Below, in pieces: positions 7,360-14,689 of a stretch of 14,799 bases of DNA (its first letter is position 1; every line of letters starts with the position of its first letter). The DNA comes from Polyangia bacterium (lineage in GTDB: Bacteria > Myxococcota_A > Polyangia > JAAYKL01). The notes beneath the pieces were generated by a model. The model searched no databases. It saw nothing but the letters and a program-made list of their open reading frames with translations, and had not been told where the DNA came from. Where the stretch lies: contig JBNKCR010000074.1 of assembly GCA_050287845.1 (NCBI GenBank), positions 1 to 14,799 of the forward strand, read 5' to 3'. The position numbers and the translations under genes were made by a program.

Positions 7360-9327
7360 TTACTCACCCAGCCAGGGCGTTGGCGCCGGTTCTGCACCGC
7401 TTTTACTGATTTTGATGGCATAAGCAAAAGATACGTACGGCTGCTGCGCCGGCAACGCCAGGTGCAATCCCGAACCATCCTGGGTAAAAGACAACTCAAT
7501 TGGGTCTCCGTTCAATGGCCCGAACAAAAATACTTTTCCGTTGCTGACGTCGAATCGCTGAGATGTCACTGCAGACAAAAGAACCTGTTGTCCGTCTCCC
7601 GGCCAACCGGCAAGAAGGGCATATACCGCGTCGTTATCCTTTGATCTGGTGTATCTGATATCACTCGATGTCATTGCTTTGGGGGCTGTAAATTGGCCGC
7701 CGCCCATCTCGGTGGGGCCTTCACCATAAACTTCCCATGTTCGGGTCTCGTAAATGGCCGTGCCATTTTGCCTCAGGAAATTGCCAAAAGTCGCCAGAAT
7801 ATCTTTCTGTCGCTGAGGAAACGTGCCTTCCGGAGTCGGAGAAATGTTTAACAGAAGATTTCCGCCCTTGCTGACTTTATCAATGAATGCGTGAATGAGT
7901 TCCGCATCCGTATAATAGTTCATTCCCTGGATAAACGACCAGCTCTGTGGACTGATGGCATCATCTGTCAGCCAGTAGGGTTCGCTTATATCTGCGGGAC
8001 CACCTCGTTCGTAGTCCTTCACCTGTCCTCTGTGGGGTGCAATTATTCCTTCCTTGGCAGTCGCGACCACTTCTTTACCCGCATCCAGACCGGCGTTGTA
8101 GTAATACGACAAAAATTCAAGAAGACGCCATTCCGGTATGCGAGCCAGATAGTTATCCTGCCAGATGATGTCGGGAATGAATTCATCAATGATTTCCTTT
8201 AACTTGTCTGACCATATCTGCTCTTCTTCTTCAATGGGCAGCTTGCCGTACAGCTTTTTGAGGCTGTCATCCGCAAGCACCGGCGCCCACTGATAATACC
8301 CAGTGGGATCGAAATGCCATTGGTGATGCATGGAAAGAATAATCTTCAGGCCTTTTTTGCGATATGCGTCCACCTGAATTTTTACGAGATTCAGCTTTGG
8401 CCCCAAATCCGCCGCATTCCATTCGTTGACCTTGCTGTCCCAATGAGAAAATCCGTCATGGTGTTCCGCAACAGGTCCAGCGAAGCGTGCGCCCGAATTG
8501 ACTATCAGGTCGGCCCATTCATTGGGATCCCATTGCCCGCCATCTGACACCAGCCTGGGTGCAAATTGAACGAAGTTTCCCTGCTTGTCGTATTCACCCA
8601 GAATAAATTTGTCGTAACCCCAATCGCCAAAGGGATCACCATAAGTTTCCAGATGATGTTGATACTCCCAGGAATTGGCATCTCGGTTGAACATATTGCG
8701 GGGATACCATTCCGAACCGAATTCCGGCGTGCAGAACGCTCCCCAATGGTAATAGATGCCAAATTTAGCATCCTGAAACCATTCAGGCGCTGCAGTATGC
8801 GTATCCAGCGACGGCCAGTCAGCGGTGTATGGATTTATGTCAGAATCAGCATCGGTGTCACTATCCGTATCAGCATCGGTGTCACTATCCGTATCAGCAT
8901 CGCTGTCAGTATCCGTATCTGTGTCCGTATCTGTGTCCGTATCCGCGTCAGTGGTGCCACTGGTATCGCAGCAAATGAGGTTGTCAGAGGGACATGTGTA
9001 GTCCGCCAAATACGCCCCATTCAGATCGCGACATTGTCCCTGCGTCACGCACGTTACAGGACAATCTGCGTCCCTCTCAGTATTCGTGTCACTATCCGTA
9101 TCACTGTCTGTATCTGTATCCGTATCGCTGTCCGTATCGCTGTCCGTATCTGTGTCCGTATCTGTGTCGGAATCTGAATCCGCATCAGTATCCGTATCAG
9201 CGTCCATGTCGGAATCGGAATCGGAATCACTGGTGTTCCCTGGCGAATGACTGTCATCACCACACCCGGACGCACTGAATCCCCCTGCAAACACAATATA
9301 TAGACAAAAAGGCAACATATTTTTCAT
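7360..9327 (-). CDS. GH29 alpha-L-fucosidase lipoprotein with two Asp/Thr/Ser tracts and a 6-Cys module (655 aa)
   Basis: ATG 9327 with GGAG (9335-9338); lipobox SASG|C; motifs [53 protein letters not shown]. It ends 58 bp before the paralog's start. Confidence 0.95.
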   Translation of the reverse strand: MKNMLPFCLYIVFAGGFSASGCGDDSHSPGNTSDSDSDSDMDADTDTDADSDSDTDTDTDTDSDTDSDTDTDTDSDTDSDTNTERDADCPVTCVTQGQCRDLNGAYLADYTCPSDNLICCDTSGTTDADTDTDTDTDTDTDSDADTDSDTDADTDSDTDADSDINPYTADWPSLDTHTAAPEWFQDAKFGIYYHWGAFCTPEFGSEWYPRNMFNRDANSWEYQHHLETYGDPFGDWGYDKFILGEYDKQGNFVQFAPRLVSDGGQWDPNEWADLIVNSGARFAGPVAEHHDGFSHWDSKVNEWNAADLGPKLNLVKIQVDAYRKKGLKIILSMHHQWHFDPTGYYQWAPVLADDSLKKLYGKLPIEEEEQIWSDKLKEIIDEFIPDIIWQDNYLARIPEWRLLEFLSYYYNAGLDAGKEVVATAKEGIIAPHRGQVKDYERGGPADISEPYWLTDDAISPQSWSFIQGMNYYTDAELIHAFIDKVSKGGNLLLNISPTPEGTFPQRQKDILATFGNFLRQNGTAIYETRTWEVYGEGPTEMGGGQFTAPKAMTSSDIRYTRSKDNDAVYALLAGWPGDGQQVLLSAVTSQRFDVSNGKVFLFGPLNGDPIELSFTQDGSGLHLALPAQQPYVSFAYAIKISKSGAEPAPTPWLGE

Positions 9328-9360
9328 CAACCATCTCCATTTTAAATTGTACTTCAGGGC

Positions 9361-9431
9361 GTGATACGCGGTGATATCGGGCGGAAAAATTTCGATAGCT
9401 ATCGGTGCTATCGGGGATAGCTATCGGGGAT
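9361..9431 (-). repeat. Stutter tract around the palindrome CGATAGCTATCG
   Basis: Palindrome at 9393-9404; 13-bp tandem GCTATCGGGGAT(A) at 9407-9431. The minus strand reads ATCCCCGATAGCT-ATCCCCGATAGC-ACCGATAGCTATCG. GTGATA is repeated at 9361 and 9371. Confidence 0.6.
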
Positions 9432-9611
9432 GCTGCAGTTTCGACCGACGGTTGAGATTGAAGGTCTCCAGCGTGCCGGCATTTTGTAAGGCGCTCATCG
9501 CCGGAAAATCTGAACTTCTACACTTTCTTGCCGGTCGTTCCAAACTGTCCCGCGCGGTTCGAGACCTCCCAATGCACAAGTGCATTTGCCGGCCCAACAG
9601 ACGCCTCAAAA

Positions 9612-9755
9612 TGATGTATTGTGCGCACTTTTGGAATATACTGGTTTGCCAGACGTGATATGTGATCCCACGTTGTCCGGTCAACCTGACTTCTTCTTCG
9701 CAGAATTTTGTACCACAGCCTGATGACCTCGGTTTGAAAAATATCCATTGCTTTG
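9612..9755 (-). mobile_element. Group II intron RT/maturase C-terminal (X domain) remnant
   Basis: KAMDIFQTEVIRLWYKILRRRSQVDRTTWDHISRLANQYIPKVRTIH matches the F..EV.RLW...LRRRSQ....TW....RL...LP.P.I.HP maturase tail. No RT core or domain V RNA was found. Confidence 0.75.
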
Positions 9756-9867
9756 CCGGTCTCATCCCGGCGCACGCACCGTCCCCGCTCGTTTCCTGCG
9801 CCCGGCCATGACCTGGCTGATAATTGATAATTATTCAGGAAGGTGACGCCACGCGCTATGAGGACGA

Positions 9868-11451
9868 CTATTCGGTTTCATGACAGCCAATATCCGGTGC
9901 GGCGCCGTTGAAAAGACCTGCAGTGGCGCCATTGACATCCCAGCCCGTTTCATCACCTGTATCGATAGCGGGACTGCCGGCCCCCAGCAAGTAATTGTTG
10001 TTGGGTTCGTCAATAAATCCGGGAATATCGGTGATGGCGCTGCCCCCCGGTACGCAGCCGCTGCAGTCTCCCCCTAAGTTACTGTAGAACAGGTTGAAAT
10101 CATTGGTGATAGAGCCGATGTTCATAATGCCGATACCGGTGTTGTAGGCAATAATGTTGTTTCGAATATCCGCTACGGCCGAGGACCGTATGTTGATGGC
10201 CTGTTCACTGATATGGACCAGAGTGTTGTGCCAAATGGTAAGGTTCAGATTGCCTGGGCTGGTTTGAACGCCAACCGTTGCGCCTGTCACCAGATTACCC
10301 ACAACGGTAACATTATCTCCCGTGGTGAAAATACCGTAAAATGTTGGGTTGTAGATTTCGTTGTCTATAACCGAATCTCCATCGCAAGCGGTGTATATGG
10401 CGAATTGCCCGGCGTCTTCTATCAGAATGCCGGGGCCATAGGTGTTGCCACCGGCGCCGCCGGTGCATCCAAGATGATCACCGTTGCTGCGGAAGACGCT
10501 GTCATAAATATGATTGTTGCCGCCGGAAAAAATGATGATGGGTTTGGCAGGACAGTTTGAAATTTCCACACCGGAAATCACCACATCGCTGGCCTGGATG
10601 GCCAGACAGTTGGAATTGGGTAGCAACGCACTGCCGTCTATCACATTGTCGCTGCCACTGATGGTCATGGTGGTGGTGATGTAGGGGAGGGAATCTGTCA
10701 GCGTCACAGACCAGGACGGGTCCAGAACGATCACGTCGGGGTCGGTATCTGCATTGGCGAGAGTTATGGCATCTGCCAGCGACATGCTGCTGTCCACCAG
10801 GTAATCCCCCGTATCAGAACCGGTGTCCGTGTTGGTGCCAGTATCCGTATTGGTATCCACGGTGTTTGTATCCACGGTGTTCGTATCCACGGTGTTGGTA
10901 TCCACGGTGTTCGTGTCCACGGTGTTTGTATCCATGGTGTTCGTGTCCACGGTGTTCGTGTCCACGGTGTTTGTATCCATGGTGTTCGTGTCCACGGTGG
11001 CTGTATCCACGGTGTTCGTGTCCACGGTGGCTGTATCCACGGTGTTCGTGTCCACGGTAGCTGTGTCCACGGTGGCTGTATCCACGGTATTTGTATCCAC
11101 GGTATTTGTATCCACGGTAGCTGTGTCCACGATGGCTGTGTCCACGATGGCTGTGTCCACGGTATTTGTATCCACGGTATTTGTATCCACGGTGGCTGTG
11201 TCCACGGTGTCGGCATCAACAGTACCGGTATCCACCGCATCAGTATTGATGCCTGTGTCAGAGGGTATCGTTTGCGAAGACGTGTCTAATTGTGATGTGC
11301 CTGCAGGATCAGTTGCGATATCACTTGCGGTGTCGCTGTTCAACCTGGAATCATAATCCACCTTTTCAAATTCAATTCGCCCACACCCGACAAATGTTAT
11401 CATCAGAAACACACAACATACTGCTTTACTGCGGACAGCCACGTACATCAT
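9868..11451 (-). CDS. Lipoprotein with VDT(N/A)T pentapeptide stalk and right-handed parallel beta-helix (NosD/pectin-lyase-like) domain
   Basis: Hydrophobic stretch ending TFVG|CGRIEF; LADAITLANA..PDVIVL cap; beta-helix turns (IWHNTLV, IRNNIIAYN); C-terminal NYLLGAGSPAIDTG...PDIGCHE. The start could be 11451, 11448 or 11475. Confidence 0.85.
   Translation of the reverse strand: MMYVAVRSKAVCCVFLMITFVGCGRIEFEKVDYDSRLNSDTASDIATDPAGTSQLDTSSQTIPSDTGINTDAVDTGTVDADTVDTATVDTNTVDTNTVDTAIVDTAIVDTATVDTNTVDTNTVDTATVDTATVDTNTVDTATVDTNTVDTATVDTNTMDTNTVDTNTVDTNTMDTNTVDTNTVDTNTVDTNTVDTNTVDTNTDTGTNTDTGSDTGDYLVDSSMSLADAITLANADTDPDVIVLDPSWSVTLTDSLPYITTTMTISGSDNVIDGSALLPNSNCLAIQASDVVISGVEISNCPAKPIIIFSGGNNHIYDSVFRSNGDHLGCTGGAGGNTYGPGILIEDAGQFAIYTACDGDSVIDNEIYNPTFYGIFTTGDNVTVVGNLVTGATVGVQTSPGNLNLTIWHNTLVHISEQAINIRSSAVADIRNNIIAYNTGIGIMNIGSITNDFNLFYSNLGGDCSGCVPGGSAITDIPGFIDEPNNNYLLGAGSPAIDTGDETGWDVNGATAGLFNGAAPDIGCHETE
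10846..11235 (-). repeat. 15-bp coding tandem repeat, 26 units
   Basis: 390 bp; + strand unit approximately TCCACGGTGTT(C/T)GT(G/A), encoding mostly (V/M)DT(N/A)(T/I). Confidence 0.95.
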
Positions 11452-11817
11452 TTTAATTATACTGACAAATTGCAATATTCAAAAAAATATCTCAGTAATA
11501 CTGCAAACGATGAATATCAATTGTCGCTGATGACCCTGTCTGTAGGCGCTCACTTCAAAAAGGAGGATAACGCAGCGCAACCGAAGGGTGCTACCCAACC
11601 GAACGCCCTCGCATTCACCGGTCGGCAACAAGTACAGGTGTGCATCTCCACCGGTGATCACATACCGTCTCGCAACCGGATTCGTCAGGAAGGCAAAACG
11701 GCGCTACCGATATCCACTGTTTGCATCGATCTTGAGCCAGAGCCCAGACGATTGCGAATAGTTGCAATCGTGTCTATTACATACAATGTGGAACTGAACA
11801 GCATAGAAGGATTGCAC

Positions 11818-12498
11818 ATGAAATGCATACTATTGGGGGGAAGCGGCGAAGTGGGTGGCGCAGTGGCCCGGGAGTTGATACGGAGCCCCGTGTGCGCCCA
11901 CCTGACCCTGCTCGGGCGCCGGGAGGTCACCTCCCTGTTGAACGTCTCCGGGGTCGACCAGATTGTGGTGGATACCGGCGCATCTGACTTTGAAGACGTT
12001 GTAAAAACAGCAGCGCAGGGGCATGATGTCGGTATCAGTTGTCTGGGAATCGGTAGCGGCACTGCCGCCATGACCGAAGTGCAGATGCTGGCCGTTGAAG
12101 TCACGCTGCTGGGCCAGTTTGCCAGAGGTTGCAAAAAAGCCGGAATTGAAAAGTTTGAGCTGCTGACCGCTGTGGGGGTCACTGAAAAGAGTGCAGATTC
12201 AAAAATTAAGTATCTGCGGGTGCTGGGTAAAAAACTCAACACCGTGCGCGACATTGGCTTTGAAAAACTGGCGGTTTTTAAGCCTGGTATGATAGTGGGC
12301 AATGCGCACACCCCCAACTGGATGACCGTTTTCACCAGTCTCATTCCAGACTGCATCGGCTGGGGCAACATTCAACAGACCGAACTCGCCCAGGCATTTG
12401 TGGCACACCTCGCCCATCGAATAGATACACAGCATGATCCTGTTGTGTCCTACGGCAACAGAGAAATGAAACAATTGATACGGAAGGTCCGGCCATGA
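11818..12498 (+). CDS. Atypical SDR NAD(P)H-binding oxidoreductase, TIP30/CC3 (HTATIP2)-like (226 aa)
   Basis: GAAGGA before ATG 11818; MKCILLGGSGEVGGAV Rossmann motif, TLLGRR, GHDVGISCLG, YLRVLGKK, GFEKLAVFKPGMIVG. Confidence 0.85.
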   Translation: MKCILLGGSGEVGGAVARELIRSPVCAHLTLLGRREVTSLLNVSGVDQIVVDTGASDFEDVVKTAAQGHDVGISCLGIGSGTAAMTEVQMLAVEVTLLGQFARGCKKAGIEKFELLTAVGVTEKSADSKIKYLRVLGKKLNTVRDIGFEKLAVFKPGMIVGNAHTPNWMTVFTSLIPDCIGWGNIQQTELAQAFVAHLAHRIDTQHDPVVSYGNREMKQLIRKVRP

Positions 12499-12513
12499 CA
12501 AAACGTCGATGGA

Positions 12514-12558
12514 CCGACCGAAGGGCTTGACCCATTTCAAACCCCGACCGAAGGGTGC
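12514..12558 (+). repeat. Duplicated CCGACCGAAGGG motif
   Basis: Copies at 12514-12525 and 12544-12555. ACCGAAGGGTGC (12547-12558) also occurs exactly at 11580-11591. Confidence 0.6.
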
Positions 12559-12571
12559 CGACTGTGTCAAC

Positions 12572-12602
12572 GATCATCGGTTCAAATCTGGTCCCCGCTA
12601 AA
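12572..12602 (+). other. Degenerate tRNA 3'-end fragment (initiator tRNA-Met-like), possible att-site relic
   Basis: GATCATCGGTTCAAATCTGGTCCCCGCTA has a T-arm ATCGG-TTCAAAT-CTGGT and a CCCCGC(T)A acceptor strand. There is no 5' half and no CCA. Confidence 0.4.
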
Positions 12603-12767
12603 GTTAAAACCTTCAACAACTTCCCCAATCCATTTTGTGGTTTTGTAATCCCCATGCTGAACCAACCTGATAATCAGAGCCCACAATTCGTCTGCGTTTA
12701 ACTGCTTTAATTCCTTCTGCAATGTCTGCGTATTTCCCCTGCCACCACCCACTATTCCTCACTACCT

Positions 12768-13901
12768 CTATCCTTCATTTTCCCCGTCCGTTCGCCGTGC
12801 CTGTTCCAGGGCAATCCTGTTCACAGACTGAAACGCTTTGTTAAGCGATGCGCCTTCAATGGCCTTTTTAGCAACTTCATTCACCTGAAGCTGAGCTTTG
12901 GCCAATTCGTTTTCAAGCGCACTCATTTTCTTGTTTTGCTCTTCGATTACAGCTTTCAGGTGCTCAACTTGCTGCAACAGCATCTTAATCTCCCATGAAT
13001 GCTCAGTCTCTTTTAGCTTTGCCTCATGTTGATGTTCGGCTGTCAATTCCCGAGTTACCGTTTCGCGGGCGTCTGCTGTAGCCTTCTCAATACGAGATTC
13101 AAAAGAAGCCGCATCCTTCTCCAACTGCGCCATATGCTGTTCACGGGACTTCAGTGCATTTTCACGTTCAGCTACCTCACGCTCAAACTGTCCACTTTTT
13201 TCTGCCAACTCTTTTTCAAGGACTTTTTTGCGCTCAGTGTGATCGTCTTCTTCGATTTTGCGTGCGCGATCCCTGTCATATACATACTCCGCCTCTTCGC
13301 GTTCACGCGTCTGTTTCAACAGTGCCTCTGTCTCTGTGCGCTTCTTCTTTTCAATCTCTTTTTCCTCCAGCCATTTAGCCCGCTGCTCAGCTATTGCTGT
13401 TTCCAGATTCACACGCTGCTCTTCCATTTCACGCTCAAAGGCCTGCCGTCTGGATTCCAGTTCCCCATTCAATTCTGCAAGGCGCGTCTCGTAAGCTTTC
13501 TCTGTTTCGGCGGTTCTTTCCTCATACGCGGCAACTAATTTTTCCAGAGCATCGGATGCGGCCTCCAAATCGTACAAATCCTTCAATCGTTTTTCCTGCA
13601 CCGAAATCGCGCGCTTGTAGCTCTCCAGTTTTTCCGCCTGCGCACTCATTTCGTCGGTCAACTCATTCAGCGTTGTTCCAAGCTGCGTTTTCAATTTTCC
13701 GATAGATGCAACGACAGAAGAAACAGTGGCCTCTCCTGCTGTGTCAGCAGCAACAGTCTCGAGACGTTTTTCAAGCTCGGTCATTTTTTTCTGTTCGGCC
13801 TGCCGCTTCTTTACGGTTGACTGATATTCTCCTAAAAGCGATTTGTATTCTTCAATAAGATCCTTTTTCGTGGCTGACGGATTCAATTTAAAGTCTGACA
13901 T
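12768..13901 (-). CDS. Long coiled-coil protein (377 aa), function unknown
   Basis: ATG 13901 with GGAGG (13906-13910). E/K/R/A-rich heptad sequence almost free of Pro, with no signal peptide, TM segment or Walker motif. Confidence 0.85.
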   Translation of the reverse strand: MSDFKLNPSATKKDLIEEYKSLLGEYQSTVKKRQAEQKKMTELEKRLETVAADTAGEATVSSVVASIGKLKTQLGTTLNELTDEMSAQAEKLESYKRAISVQEKRLKDLYDLEAASDALEKLVAAYEERTAETEKAYETRLAELNGELESRRQAFEREMEEQRVNLETAIAEQRAKWLEEKEIEKKKRTETEALLKQTREREEAEYVYDRDRARKIEEDDHTERKKVLEKELAEKSGQFEREVAERENALKSREQHMAQLEKDAASFESRIEKATADARETVTRELTAEHQHEAKLKETEHSWEIKMLLQQVEHLKAVIEEQNKKMSALENELAKAQLQVNEVAKKAIEGASLNKAFQSVNRIALEQARRTDGENEG

Positions 13902-14003
13902 TTTTCCTCCTGATATTTTGTATAAAACATTTACATGTTTGATTGAAACCTCTTGTACCATTACGATAAGACAAAATTTGACCTATCCATTGCAGCACAA
14001 TAT

Positions 14004-14426
14004 TCATTGCCATCCATCTTTAGTTGTCCACTTCACGTTATTCCATGCGTCCTGTGACAGCGATGCAATCACGGGCTCCATAAAACGAACAATTATGTCA
14101 ACCGTTTCAGCAAGTGTTTTCGATTGATGTGCATGTGTCTTTTTCAAAAACGCTTGCCATTGGGTATTCTTCTGAGCATCTGTTGCAAAGGTTTCTGTCA
14201 GCCCTGACGGCAACTGATTTGGAAGGCTGCTGCCTCGACGTTCAAAGGTATGAACGATTGCCCCTCTCACCTGGTCGAACTCGAATTCAAAATTTTCAAC
14301 CAGCCAGGCAATGTCAAAGTAATCTTTAAGACGCGAATTGCGAATTCCCAAATCAGTCATCGCATGAAACTCTTCAGCAATCATGGTCTCCATTCGATAG
14401 GCTTCGATTTGCGGCGCATCCAAATC
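14004..14426 (-). pseudogene. AbiEii/AbiGii-family nucleotidyltransferase (type IV TA toxin), C-terminal part only
   Basis: APQIEAYRMETMIAEEFHAMTDLGIRNSRLKDYFDI...TFERRG...QWQAFLKK shows the family motifs AE(K)F, NSRxKDxxD and TFxRR. The usual AEK reads AEE, and the N-terminus is replaced by the repeat tract. Confidence 0.85.
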
Positions 14427-14595
14427 CCCGTAAAAATGACTTGGACCCGCCCCGTAAAAATGACTTGGACCCGCTTTCAAACGCCCGCCCCCGTAAAAAT
14501 GACCCCGCTTTCAAGCGCCCGCTTTCAAGCGCTCGGAGTGATTTTTTCGCGGTCATTTTTTCCCCGCTTTCAAACGCTCGGAGTGATTTTTTTGC
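14426..14595 (+). repeat. Large REP/REPIN-like nested stutter tract
   Basis: 24-bp CCCCGTAAAAATGACTTGGACCCG twice (14426-14473) plus a partial third copy; CCCGCTTTCAA four times; CGCTCGGAGTGATTTTTT twice; inverted pair AAAAATGACC (14495-14504) / GGTCATTTTT (14551-14560). Confidence 0.85.
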
Positions 14596-14651
14596 TGTGA
14601 TGTTTTTGCTCTGAACTCAAAAATTCTGCAACAGATTTGAAAAGCATCCGA

Positions 14652-14684
14652 GCAGGGGGAAATCGTTTTTCCCTGCGAAGGAGG
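14652..14684 (+). promoter_or_regulatory. Hairpin directly followed by the RBS of the transposase gene
   Basis: GCAGGGGGAAA-TCG-TTTTTCCCTGC (14652-14676, two G-U pairs), then AAGGAGG at 14678-14684. Confidence 0.6.
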
Positions 14685-14689
14685 TTCCC

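Noticed and set aside
9421..9775. Functional group II intron, retron or DGR
   Set aside because: There is no RT catalytic domain, no domain V and no template/variable repeat pair.
2461..11356. Many ORFs rich in SVSV, IQIQ, ICIC, TRTP or PRC (e.g. 2499-3080, 4078-4296, 6850-7287, 8566-9177, 10764-11240, 10823-11356)
   Set aside because: They are antisense or alternate-frame shadows of stop-free coding repeats in real genes.
11597..11660. attC-like left half (CCGAACGCCCTCGCATTCACCGG) with a short stem TCACCGGT/ACCGGTGA
   Set aside because: No complementary GTT-containing right box, no other attC sites and no integrase; at most a decayed half-site.
11470..11817. N-terminal extension of ORF 11470-12498
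   Set aside because: The Rossmann motif and RBS place the start at 11818.
12572..12602. Functional tRNA gene
   Set aside because: There is no D-arm, anticodon arm or 5' acceptor strand; reported only as a fragment.
13026..13705. Plus-strand ORFs overlapping the coiled-coil gene
   Set aside because: They are antisense shadows of a compositionally biased gene.
14427..14480. N-terminus MKAGPSHFYGAGPSHFYG of ORF 14004-14480
   Set aside because: It is a translation of the 24-bp DNA repeat, not AbiEii sequence.
14426..14595. Possible CRISPR array
   Set aside because: The repeats are adjacent or nested with no unique regular spacers, and no cas genes are present.
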